From a virus (lineage: Duplodnaviria > Caudoviricetes), in IMG/VR virus record IMGVR_UViG_3300037440_001002, positions 1-32,973 of that record: a stretch of DNA of 32,973 nt. One strand, 5' to 3'. Below the pieces are notes generated by a model. The model did not search any database. It was not told the origin of the DNA and saw nothing but the letters and a program-made list of their open reading frames with translations. Below, piece by piece: positions 25,134 through 32,973 of the stretch; the stretch's first letter is position 1, and each line of letters begins with the position of its first letter. Both the position numbers and the translations under genes were made by a program.

Positions 25134-25735
25134 CTTATACCCCCAGTACTCCTGAAGCCTCTGACATCATTGCACAATCTCAGGCCGTGTTAAAAACGAA
25201 TTTTGAACAACTAAATCTCGTTTACGGAACAAGCGGAGACCATTTTCCTTTTGATGACACAGATTCAAATGAACAGTTCAAACACGCGAAAGTCACACTT
25301 CCTCGCCTTCCTCAGGCAAATCCGCCAGGAAACGTCTTGCCCACTCCGGGAGCAGGGGAAATGGCCCTCTTCTGTGATGTCTCTGGAGGCTTTAGTCAGC
25401 CCTATTATCGCCGCGATACGGCGACCGTTAACATCCCAATAGCTCCAATCCAAGCTTTTGGAGAAGCCACAGGGGCGGCCGTTCCGGTATTAACCTCTAA
25501 TTCATATAATATTTCTTCTGTTACCTTAGCGGCAAGCGTCTATACCTTTAATTTTACGGAGGCATTAGCGGACACTAATTATGCAGTTATGGGCGGTTTC
25601 TCCGCTTCTACTAACCTAGTTGGATTGAAATATTCGAACAAAACTACTACATCGGTGAACGTACAAGTCCTCACAACTAATGGAACTTTTTCAACAGCAG
25701 CAACTTTAATTTCGATTATGATTTTGAGGGCGTAG
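25130..25735 (+). CDS. Virion structural protein (tail fibre/spike-like)
   Basis: N-terminal YTPSTP...SQ...NF anchor; C-terminal YNISSV...YTFNF...DTNYAV beta domain. Confidence 0.65.
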   Translation: MTYTPSTPEASDIIAQSQAVLKTNFEQLNLVYGTSGDHFPFDDTDSNEQFKHAKVTLPRLPQANPPGNVLPTPGAGEMALFCDVSGGFSQPYYRRDTATVNIPIAPIQAFGEATGAAVPVLTSNSYNISSVTLAASVYTFNFTEALADTNYAVMGGFSASTNLVGLKYSNKTTTSVNVQVLTTNGTFSTAATLISIMILRA

Positions 25736-28294
25736 ATGGCCTACCAACCCTTTTATATTGCCGGTGCAAAAAGTGGATTGGTAAAAAATCCTAGCTCTTT
25801 CCTCATCCCTGAAGACGCTTTTCCTCAGTTAGAAGACGCCTATATTTGGAGAGACAAGATAAAACGGAAGCAAGGGTATGACTTGCTTGGAAGGATCCAA
25901 AGAAATCTCACAAGCGTTGCTTTAACTAATACAGACGGCACAGGTACCTATTCTGAGCTAGATCTATTGAGCGCATCGCATCCATCACAAACTAATGCGA
26001 CTCTTAAGCCAGGAACTGTTGTCATCGTCATAGATCCTGGAGGAGCCAATGAAACGATTTATAACGATGCGACAACAAATGGGGTCTTAACCCATATCTC
26101 CGGTCCTTTTACCGGTAGCGGTACAATTAGCTATGGCGACGGAGCACCACCCACTTCTCCAGCTACCATCACTTTTACGGCCGCGCCTGGAGTAGGAGTT
26201 ACGGTTACCGCAAATTACAGCTATTTTCCCGGCCTTCCGGTGATGGGAATAGGAAATAGAGAGCTTTCCTCTCTCAACCTAGAAGAACTCATTGTTTTCG
26301 ATACCATCTTTTCCTACCGCTATAATACAAGTACAAACGAATTTGAAGAGTGGATAACAGGAACAACATGGGGAGGGACAAATTCCGATTTTTTCTGGAC
26401 CTTGACCTACTGGCAAGATACTTCTCAAAGAGATCTATTTTGGGCAACAAATTTTACCACAACAGATCCTCTTCGTTACGCTAACGGGGTAACCTGGACC
26501 GATTTTGCTCCCGCCGTAGGAGCAACATGCATCGACGACGAAAATCTAGGGAATATTACAACCCCTTGGATGGCATTCGGCCCAGCAAATCTAACAAATA
26601 CACCGGTAAAAGAAGGTTCAGTCGTTGTAACAGTCGGGGTAAAAGGAGAAGACGCCATTACCGTACTCAACGATGATAGTGCAGGAAACCTATCCTCAGT
26701 GACCTCAGGAAGAAGCGATACAGGGACTATTAATTATTCTACAGGCGCTCTTTCTTTAACAATCAATCCCGCTCTTACCGCCGATGCGGCCGTACATGTA
26801 GAATACTGCTATTTGGGAGAGCTTCTTCAGCAATGTTTAGCACTGATCCCCTATAAAGATCGCCTTTTAGCTTTTAACACATATGAAGGATTCACCTTAG
26901 GGGGTGCCGTCCAATTCCCTCAACGGCTGAGATATTCTCAAAATGGGGACCCCACTGATCAATTTGACGGTTGGAGAAGTGATATTCCTGGTAGAGGGGG
27001 ATTTATCGATGCCCCCACATCAGAACATATTGTGAGCGTCGCTTTTATCCGCGACATTTTGATCGTCAGCACTGAAAGGTCCACTTGGCAGATACGCTAT
27101 ACAGGAAACGAAGTTTTACCGTTTGTATGGGAAAAAATAGATACTGAATACGGCTGCGAATCCACTTTCTCTACCGTTCAATTCGACCGAGGAGTACTTC
27201 AAATTGGGCGAGACGCATTAACTGTGTGCAATGGAAACCATGTTGAGCGCATCGATCTTCAAATTCCTGACGAAGTGGGGAGTTTTGTTAGCGCTAACGA
27301 GGGCAATAAAAGAGTTCATGGAATCCGTGATATGAACATCCAGCTCGTATACTGGACCTTCAACTCCAATGGTGACAAAACATTTCCAAATAAATTGCTA
27401 GTCTACAACTATGTTACCAACACGTTTTCGATTTGGAACGATCACTTTACAGCCTTGGGAAGGTGGTATCGGGATAGAGTAATACGGTGGCAAGATTTAA
27501 CGGTGGAATGGGAGTCGTGGATTCATCCGTGGAACTGGGCTTTTCGGCAGCAAAACTTTCCAGAAATTATAGGAGGAAACCAAGACGGATATGTCGAAAT
27601 ATTTAACCAAACTACTTACAACGATGTTAGCCTTTTCATTTTGGATCTTACAGGGACTACAACGTGTACTGTATCATCTCCTAATCATAACTTGGTGGAC
27701 GGTCAAATTGTGCGCTTACGGAATATTGTGGGTGACAGCGGAAATACTGATCTTAATGACGAATTTTTTAAAGTATATGAAGCGCTGGATGACGACTTTA
27801 AAATTTTGAAGTATGAAAATGGTTCTTTTGTCCAGGTTTCCCCTGGTAGCTCTTATTTAGGAGGAGGGGAGATTGAAGTGTGCAATAACTTCATGATCCT
27901 TTCCAAGCAATTCAATATTTTTGAAGCTGGGCAACGGGTAATGGTTGGTTACATTGACTTTTTGGCCGACCGCACCGACGCTGGCCAATTTACCTGTCAA
28001 ATTTATGTGGATTCCAATTCCTCAATCCCCATCAATACCGATGCGGAAGGAACTGGAACCGACTCTACCAATTTCTTTAATAGCATCATTGAAACTTCTC
28101 AACCTGAGTTTGAAATTCAGGGTGCTTCTAGATATTGGCATCGCTTTTATTGCCCTACAGACGGAACGGTTTTTCAGTACAAGCTATCTTTATCGGATGA
28201 ACAAATGGTAAATCCGGAAGTCTATCAAGCGGGGTTAACCATCTACGCATTAATTTTGTGGATGACTCCAGGCCCAAGGTTAATAGGAGGTTAA
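25736..28294 (+). CDS. Tail nozzle / tail tubular B-like (beta-propeller) protein
   Basis: 852 aa; YKDRLLAFN, RLRYSQNGDP and LLVYNY...FSI; syntenic with the podovirus nozzle gene. Confidence 0.75.
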   Translation: MAYQPFYIAGAKSGLVKNPSSFLIPEDAFPQLEDAYIWRDKIKRKQGYDLLGRIQRNLTSVALTNTDGTGTYSELDLLSASHPSQTNATLKPGTVVIVIDPGGANETIYNDATTNGVLTHISGPFTGSGTISYGDGAPPTSPATITFTAAPGVGVTVTANYSYFPGLPVMGIGNRELSSLNLEELIVFDTIFSYRYNTSTNEFEEWITGTTWGGTNSDFFWTLTYWQDTSQRDLFWATNFTTTDPLRYANGVTWTDFAPAVGATCIDDENLGNITTPWMAFGPANLTNTPVKEGSVVVTVGVKGEDAITVLNDDSAGNLSSVTSGRSDTGTINYSTGALSLTINPALTADAAVHVEYCYLGELLQQCLALIPYKDRLLAFNTYEGFTLGGAVQFPQRLRYSQNGDPTDQFDGWRSDIPGRGGFIDAPTSEHIVSVAFIRDILIVSTERSTWQIRYTGNEVLPFVWEKIDTEYGCESTFSTVQFDRGVLQIGRDALTVCNGNHVERIDLQIPDEVGSFVSANEGNKRVHGIRDMNIQLVYWTFNSNGDKTFPNKLLVYNYVTNTFSIWNDHFTALGRWYRDRVIRWQDLTVEWESWIHPWNWAFRQQNFPEIIGGNQDGYVEIFNQTTYNDVSLFILDLTGTTTCTVSSPNHNLVDGQIVRLRNIVGDSGNTDLNDEFFKVYEALDDDFKILKYENGSFVQVSPGSSYLGGGEIEVCNNFMILSKQFNIFEAGQRVMVGYIDFLADRTDAGQFTCQIYVDSNSSIPINTDAEGTGTDSTNFFNSIIETSQPEFEIQGASRYWHRFYCPTDGTVFQYKLSLSDEQMVNPEVYQAGLTIYALILWMTPGPRLIGG

Positions 28295-28785
28295 TGACTT
28301 ATTCACCACCTGATTCTTTGCAATCCTTTGTCCCTACCACTCTCATTCTTCCCGATCCCAGTGAAGATGACGATTTTAACGTTGTCCTCAGCGACTACCT
28401 CAAAAGAACCGTTGCTGCTGTGAATGACAAAGAAATAGGCCAATATTTGCAAACAGAGATCATTTCGGGGCAGAAATTCTTCAATGACGAGGACACCAAA
28501 AAAACTCATACAGTATTTAGAAAAGTGATCAACTTTGGTGCCCTTCCCAATGCAACAACAAAAAGTTTTCCTCACCAAATAGCTATTTCGCCTTCAACAC
28601 GGTTTACAAGGATTTATGCTACTGCCAATTCACCTTCTTCATTTATCCCCATCCCTTTTGCCCATCCTACCGCAGCTAATGCGATTGCTTTGGAAGTTTC
28701 TTCTACGCATGTGGTCATGACTACCGGCATTGATTACAGTGCATATACGGAAACTTTTGTGATTTTGGAGTATTACCAAAGCTAA
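28294..28785 (+). CDS. Virion structural protein
   Basis: GGAGG RBS and TAATG coupling at 28294; VFRKVINFGALPN...ILEY beta domain. Confidence 0.65.
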   Translation: MTYSPPDSLQSFVPTTLILPDPSEDDDFNVVLSDYLKRTVAAVNDKEIGQYLQTEIISGQKFFNDEDTKKTHTVFRKVINFGALPNATTKSFPHQIAISPSTRFTRIYATANSPSSFIPIPFAHPTAANAIALEVSSTHVVMTTGIDYSAYTETFVILEYYQS

Positions 28786-28788
28786 AGG

Positions 28789-28828
28789 TTTACAAGTGAA
28801 GCGAAGGGGAGTAAAGTAATAATTTTAA
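28789..28828 (+). promoter_or_regulatory. Promoter plus operator for the ejection-protein operon
   Basis: TTTACA-17-TAAAGT overlapped by GTAAAGTAATAATTTTAA (28811-28828). Confidence 0.55.
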
Positions 28829-28841
28829 TGAAGAGGTAATT

Positions 28842-29432
28842 ATGTCGTTTTTCAGAGGAAGAAAAGAAAGCTTCAAACAAGTTCCAACTAAAACCGGTCA
28901 GCAGCAAGACTTTCTGTCTAACCTTCTTTCTGGCCTTGGACAAGGCGGTCTAGGAGGCCAGGGGTATCAAGCAGCCATACAAAATTTACTCGGTATACTC
29001 CAGGGTTCACCTGAGTCGTATCAAGCGATGGAAGCTCCGGCTAGAACGGCTTTTGCACAACAAACCATTCCTAGCATTTTAGAAAGATTCTCCGGAGCGG
29101 GCGCTAGAAGCTCCTCAGGGCTTCAGCAGACCCTTGGGCAAGCCGGAAGTCAACTAGAGCAAGGATTGGCCGCTCAGCGAGCTGGAATGCAGCAGAACGC
29201 AGTTTCCCAGCTTTTGAGCAACTTCATGAATCAATCAGGACTAGGATTAGGGACGAATACCTTTGAAAATGTCTTTCGCCCCGGTCAGCAAGGGATCTTT
29301 GGCCAGCTCGCCGGGGCTTTTTCCCCCGCTCTAGGACAGTTTGCCCAAGGCTACGGTCAATCCCTAGGATACGGGCAATCTCCCGGTATAAACAATGTTT
29401 TGCAGCTGCTTGCCCAGCTAGGAGGAAACTAA
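28842..29432 (+). CDS. Ejection / DNA pilot protein 1 (G/Q-rich)
   Basis: G/Q/A/S-rich composition; first of three genes after the nozzle module, as with P22 genes 7/20/16. Confidence 0.6.
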   Translation: MSFFRGRKESFKQVPTKTGQQQDFLSNLLSGLGQGGLGGQGYQAAIQNLLGILQGSPESYQAMEAPARTAFAQQTIPSILERFSGAGARSSSGLQQTLGQAGSQLEQGLAAQRAGMQQNAVSQLLSNFMNQSGLGLGTNTFENVFRPGQQGIFGQLAGAFSPALGQFAQGYGQSLGYGQSPGINNVLQLLAQLGGN

Positions 29433-30500
29433 ATGGTACAAGTTATCCCTCGCACTCCTTCAGCTTCTGAATCCCTTGCAAATCTTTTAGGAGGAGGCGC
29501 ACAGGGTCTTTCTCAAGGTTATGCCCAAGGGATGCAAGGAAAGCTCCAACAGATGATGGACACGCGCAAAAGTGCTGCTGAACGCCAAAGATTAGAAGGT
29601 GTATTCGAACAACTCGGTCTGCCGAAAGCTTACGCAGGTCTTCCGGAAGGGATTTCTAAGGAGCTCCTTAAAGAAAAAACTCAGGAAAATAAGCTCCAAC
29701 AGCTTATGCAGCTCTTAGGAGGAGGACAAGGGGGAGAAGAAGCCGAAGACACCAATATAGAACGACAAGGCCCTCAAGGAATTTCCGATGAAAATATCTT
29801 GGCCATTAGTGCTATTGATCCTAATATGGCGAGACTTCTACAGGCGCAAAAAGAATCCGGATACAAAAGAGAAGCAACAGCATTCAAAGAGACCAGGGAT
29901 ACGCGCCAAAATATTCTTAAAGGAGCAAAAGCCGCCCAAGAAACTAATATGCGACTTGATCGGATGGAGACCCTAATCGAGGAAGGAAATCTTATTCCTG
30001 GTCTTTTCAATTCATTTCTACAAAAAGCAGGACTTGATCTTCCTGCCTTGAAAAATCCCGATAGCCAAGAATTTGAAAAATTATCTACGGATATGACTAA
30101 AAATGCTCGAGAAAGTTATGGAAGCCGATTGACCAACTTTGACTTGGAGACTTTTTTGAAGACTATTCCTACTCTTTCTCAAACGACTGAGGGTCAAAAA
30201 AGGGTCATCCATAATCTTCGGCTTCTTAATGAAGGAGCTCGTCTTCGATCTAACGCCATGAATAAAATTGTCAAAAGCAACAAGGGTATTCCACCATTTG
30301 ACTTAGCTGAAAGAATAGATGAAAAAATCGCCCCCAAATTAGACAAACTCGCTAAGGACTTCAAAAAGGGTTTAAGTCCAACCGGATCTTCTGCCAGCGC
30401 GCAAGAAACAATTAAAATGAGAGATCCTGCGGGGAATTTACGTGCCGTACCAAAAGATCAAGCAAAAAAAGCGCAAGAAGCAGGATATAGAAAAGCATGA
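29433..30500 (+). CDS. Ejection protein 2
   Basis: Helical and Q/K/E-rich; function inferred from synteny. Confidence 0.6.
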   Translation: MVQVIPRTPSASESLANLLGGGAQGLSQGYAQGMQGKLQQMMDTRKSAAERQRLEGVFEQLGLPKAYAGLPEGISKELLKEKTQENKLQQLMQLLGGGQGGEEAEDTNIERQGPQGISDENILAISAIDPNMARLLQAQKESGYKREATAFKETRDTRQNILKGAKAAQETNMRLDRMETLIEEGNLIPGLFNSFLQKAGLDLPALKNPDSQEFEKLSTDMTKNARESYGSRLTNFDLETFLKTIPTLSQTTEGQKRVIHNLRLLNEGARLRSNAMNKIVKSNKGIPPFDLAERIDEKIAPKLDKLAKDFKKGLSPTGSSASAQETIKMRDPAGNLRAVPKDQAKKAQEAGYRKA

Positions 30501-31798
30501 GCTTCCAACAGTTTGGTGAAATTATTGAAGCACCTCCCGAAGGAGAAGAAGTTGCGGAGTTTGGAGAAATTATTGAGGAAAAAAAACCCCCTCAAATGGG
30601 AAGTCAACTTACTCGAAAAACTGGTCAATTAGGAGCGAGGGGAATAGAATCAGTGTTAGGCCTTCCAAGAGCTTTAGGAGAAACCCTTGAATCTCTCGTT
30701 CCCCGCAAAACACTTCAGGCTGGCGCAGAAAAAATTGGTTTGGGAGATCCTGTTAAAAAAGGGCTAGAACTCACCCAAAAATATGCTCCGTACAAGCTTT
30801 TTCCTAAAAGCGAACAAATCCGGGAACTGAATGATGAGCTTTTTGGTGAGGCCTTCAAGCCGCAGGGGATATGGGAAGAAAGGGTTGGAGAAGCTTTTGG
30901 GGAATTTGCTTCTATGGTCATACCTTTTGCCGGAGAAGTTAAACCCTTCAGAGCTATCCTTACCTCTTTAGGGGCTAATGGAGCAAAAGTAATTGGAGAA
31001 GAATTAGGACTCGACGATAAAAAATCAAATTATTTAAAGCTCGGGACGTATTTGTTGGGTTCATTCATTCAGCCCAATGCGGCGAAAAAGTATTATACTG
31101 ATCAATATGCTAAGGCAGCCAAAGCCCTTCCCGAAAATGCCACTGTAGATTCTGTAAAACTGGAAGGAAGGCTGGCACAACTTAAAAATCGTCTCCAAAA
31201 AGGGGGGGTATCAACCGCGGATAAACCCACCCTTACTCAGATAGAAAATCTTGAGAAAGAAATGCAAGGAGCACAAATACCCGTAGATTCGCTCCAGGCA
31301 TTTAAACGTAAGCTCAATATTGCCCGTGGCGATCTCTACAAACAGCTTGAGGGAAACAAAAGCGGGATAAAAACAGCTTCGAAGAATTTAGACGATCTAG
31401 CCAAAATAACGGACCGTTCTTTAGAGACTTATGCCAAATATAACCCAGATTGGGGAGCTCACTACCAAGCCGCAAACAATGCATTTGGGGCCGCAATGCA
31501 AAGTAAAAGAGTTGGAAAATTTCTTTCCAATTTAGTAGGAAAAGGCACCATTTCGCATTTAGGTTTAGCTGCGATTCTGGGCCATACTGGAAAATTGGGA
31601 CTTGCGGTCAAAGCTGCTGCTGTTGGATATCCAACCGTGAAAGCAGGAGAAACTATAGCTCAGATTATGAAAAGCGCGCCTTTGAGGAAAGAATTTTTTC
31701 GTCTATATACACAAGCGCTCGCAGGAAATGCGAAAGGTGCGCAAAAAAGTATCTTAAAACTTAATCAGGATTTGTCTAAGGATAGCGAGAGTCGGTAA
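30497..31798 (+). CDS. Ejection protein 3
   Basis: ATGA overlap; helical with G/A-rich hydrophobic segments. No lytic transglycosylase motif seen. Confidence 0.6.
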   Translation: MSFQQFGEIIEAPPEGEEVAEFGEIIEEKKPPQMGSQLTRKTGQLGARGIESVLGLPRALGETLESLVPRKTLQAGAEKIGLGDPVKKGLELTQKYAPYKLFPKSEQIRELNDELFGEAFKPQGIWEERVGEAFGEFASMVIPFAGEVKPFRAILTSLGANGAKVIGEELGLDDKKSNYLKLGTYLLGSFIQPNAAKKYYTDQYAKAAKALPENATVDSVKLEGRLAQLKNRLQKGGVSTADKPTLTQIENLEKEMQGAQIPVDSLQAFKRKLNIARGDLYKQLEGNKSGIKTASKNLDDLAKITDRSLETYAKYNPDWGAHYQAANNAFGAAMQSKRVGKFLSNLVGKGTISHLGLAAILGHTGKLGLAVKAAAVGYPTVKAGETIAQIMKSAPLRKEFFRLYTQALAGNAKGAQKSILKLNQDLSKDSESR

Positions 31799-31919
31799 AA
31801 TAAATCTCTATTTCTTTCTCTTCGTCGGAAAGCTTATCAAATTTAGCTTGACCTCTTTCGTCACTACATAGCCATATAACCCAATATCCTGCTACGACAA
31901 ATATTAAAAACCCCATCAT
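31776..31919 (-). CDS. 47-aa N-terminal TM peptide (not in ORF track)
   Basis: MMGFLIFVVAGYWVIWLCSDERGQAKFDKLSDEEKEIEIYFTDSRYP*; ATGA overlap with the upstream gene. Confidence 0.6.
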   Translation of the reverse strand: MMGFLIFVVAGYWVIWLCSDERGQAKFDKLSDEEKEIEIYFTDSRYP

Positions 31920-32131
31920 TCACCTACTTTTTTACTTTCAAGCCACTCAAAGAACGACTTTTCATTGACCAGAATCCTTTTCCCTACTCTAAAAACCACT
32001 CTTTTTAATGAAGGGTCTTGTCTTATTAATCGTCTAAAGGAAGCGACGGTAGGCCAAACGTGGTATTCGTTCCATTTAACTAAAGGAATGATCCGAGTGT
32101 TTGGTCGCGTTATCTGCACTTTCATGTTCAT
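31916..32131 (-). CDS. Excisionase/AlpA-like small DNA-binding protein
   Basis: IPLVKWNEYHVWPT...VVFRVGKRILVNEKSFFEWL fits a winged-helix Xis-like pattern. TTGCAA-16-TACACT promoter suggests a leaderless start at the second ATG (32125). Confidence 0.65.
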   Translation of the reverse strand: MNMKVQITRPNTRIIPLVKWNEYHVWPTVASFRRLIRQDPSLKRVVFRVGKRILVNEKSFFEWLESKKVGE

Positions 32132-32231
32132 AAGTGTACCTACGTTGCTTATTTTTGCAAATCCCGAGAATTTATTTTAATTTCGTGGTACACGTGTTAA
32201 CGTAAAGAAAAAATTTCAAAAAGGTCATACC

Positions 32232-32973
32232 ATGGCAGACAATATCGGACGCGATCCCCTTTCATATCTAGGAATAACAGCAGCAACACAGGCTCAAGTG
32301 TCTGCGGGAACCAGAGACGATGTATATGTCTCGCCTTTAACACTCGATCTAGATGCCGCTAGCACAACTGAAAGCGGTGTCGTTCGTCTTGCTACCATTG
32401 CGGAAACGACCACAGGCACGGCGACCGATATTGCCACAACACCAGCCGGAGTGGCAGCCGTGGCAATTGCGGGTGCTCCGGATGCGTCCACAACGACAAA
32501 AGGAATTATCGAGATTGCGACCAACGGCGAAGCCGTAGCGGCGGCATCTGGTGACTTAGCTCTTGTGCCTTCGAATTTGACAGCTGTTTTCGCATCCCCA
32601 CCCTCAATTGGAAGCACTTCCGCGGCAGCGGGAGCTTTTTCTACTCTCACAGCATCCGGGGCTTTCTCACTTACAGGCGATCAAGTTCAAGTAGATGAAG
32701 GGGGTACAGGACTAAGTACTGTTACTACAGGGGATCTTCTCCTTGCCGATGGTGCGGACAGTATCGCAGCCCTCAATATTGGCGCAACTCCTCGCCAATT
32801 GCTTCAAGTGGATGCAGCCGGTACAACGGCAGAATGGGCATCAAACATTGATATTCCCGGGACTTTAGATGTTGCGGGAAACGCAACTTTTGATGGAGAT
32901 GTGAGCGTCACTGGAACGTTTACCCTTACCGATCTGACCTTGACAGGGTTTTTGACTGTTGACGGTCTTATAA
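32232..32973 (+). CDS. Long tail fibre, 5' part (continues at window start)
   Basis: AAGG RBS; MADNIGRDPLSYLG...; two phage tail-fibre repeats ASTTESGVVRLAT and ASTTTKGIIEIAT; open to the window end. Confidence 0.88.
   Translation, partial: MADNIGRDPLSYLGITAATQAQVSAGTRDDVYVSPLTLDLDAASTTESGVVRLATIAETTTGTATDIATTPAGVAAVAIAGAPDASTTTKGIIEIATNGEAVAAASGDLALVPSNLTAVFASPPSIGSTSAAAGAFSTLTASGAFSLTGDQVQVDEGGTGLSTVTTGDLLLADGADSIAALNIGATPRQLLQVDAAGTTAEWASNIDIPGTLDVAGNATFDGDVSVTGTFTLTDLTLTGFLTVDGLI
32635..32973 (+). repeat. Terminal direct repeat, copy 2
   Basis: Matches positions 1-339. Confidence 0.97.

Noticed and set aside
1-32973. tRNA genes, alternative genetic code, capsid frameshift or readthrough
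   Set aside because: No cloverleaf seen in the intergenic gaps; genes are intact and tightly packed under code 11; the gene after the capsid gene has its own RBS.

Overview
The window is an apparently complete, circularisable genome of about 32.6 kb (32,634 bp unique) from a tailed dsDNA phage with a P22-like podovirus layout. Positions 1-339 repeat at 32635-32973, and the break falls inside a long tail-fibre gene. Modules in order: (1) tail fibre and receptor-binding genes, including a C1q-like tip (32232 across the junction to 4474); (2) a leftward recombination operon with an ERF annealase and a YqaJ exonuclease; (3) a Cro-like HTH, two SpoVG-like genes, a winged-HTH replication initiator with internal iterons, a DnaC-like loader and RusA; (4) terminases and portal; (5) a cluster of very basic small proteins and a cluster of small membrane/lipoproteins; (6) a leftward island of RHH regulator, Tad2/DUF2829-like sponge, dif-like site and degenerate HNH; (7) scaffold, N4-gp56-type capsid, decoration protein, adaptor, free-standing HNH, nozzle and three ejection-type proteins; (8) a convergent excisionase-like and membrane-peptide pair. 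I could not recognise an integrase, ParA, CI repressor, endolysin, tRNA, CRISPR array or reverse transcriptase. Leads worth checking: a dif-like site in an integrase-less genome, an 18-bp palindromic operator before the structural operons, no lysin alongside a lipoprotein/membrane cluster (suggesting a peptidoglycan-poor, possibly Chlamydiae-like host), histone-like basic proteins, and several candidate regulatory RNAs. All family assignments come from motif recognition by eye, not database searches.
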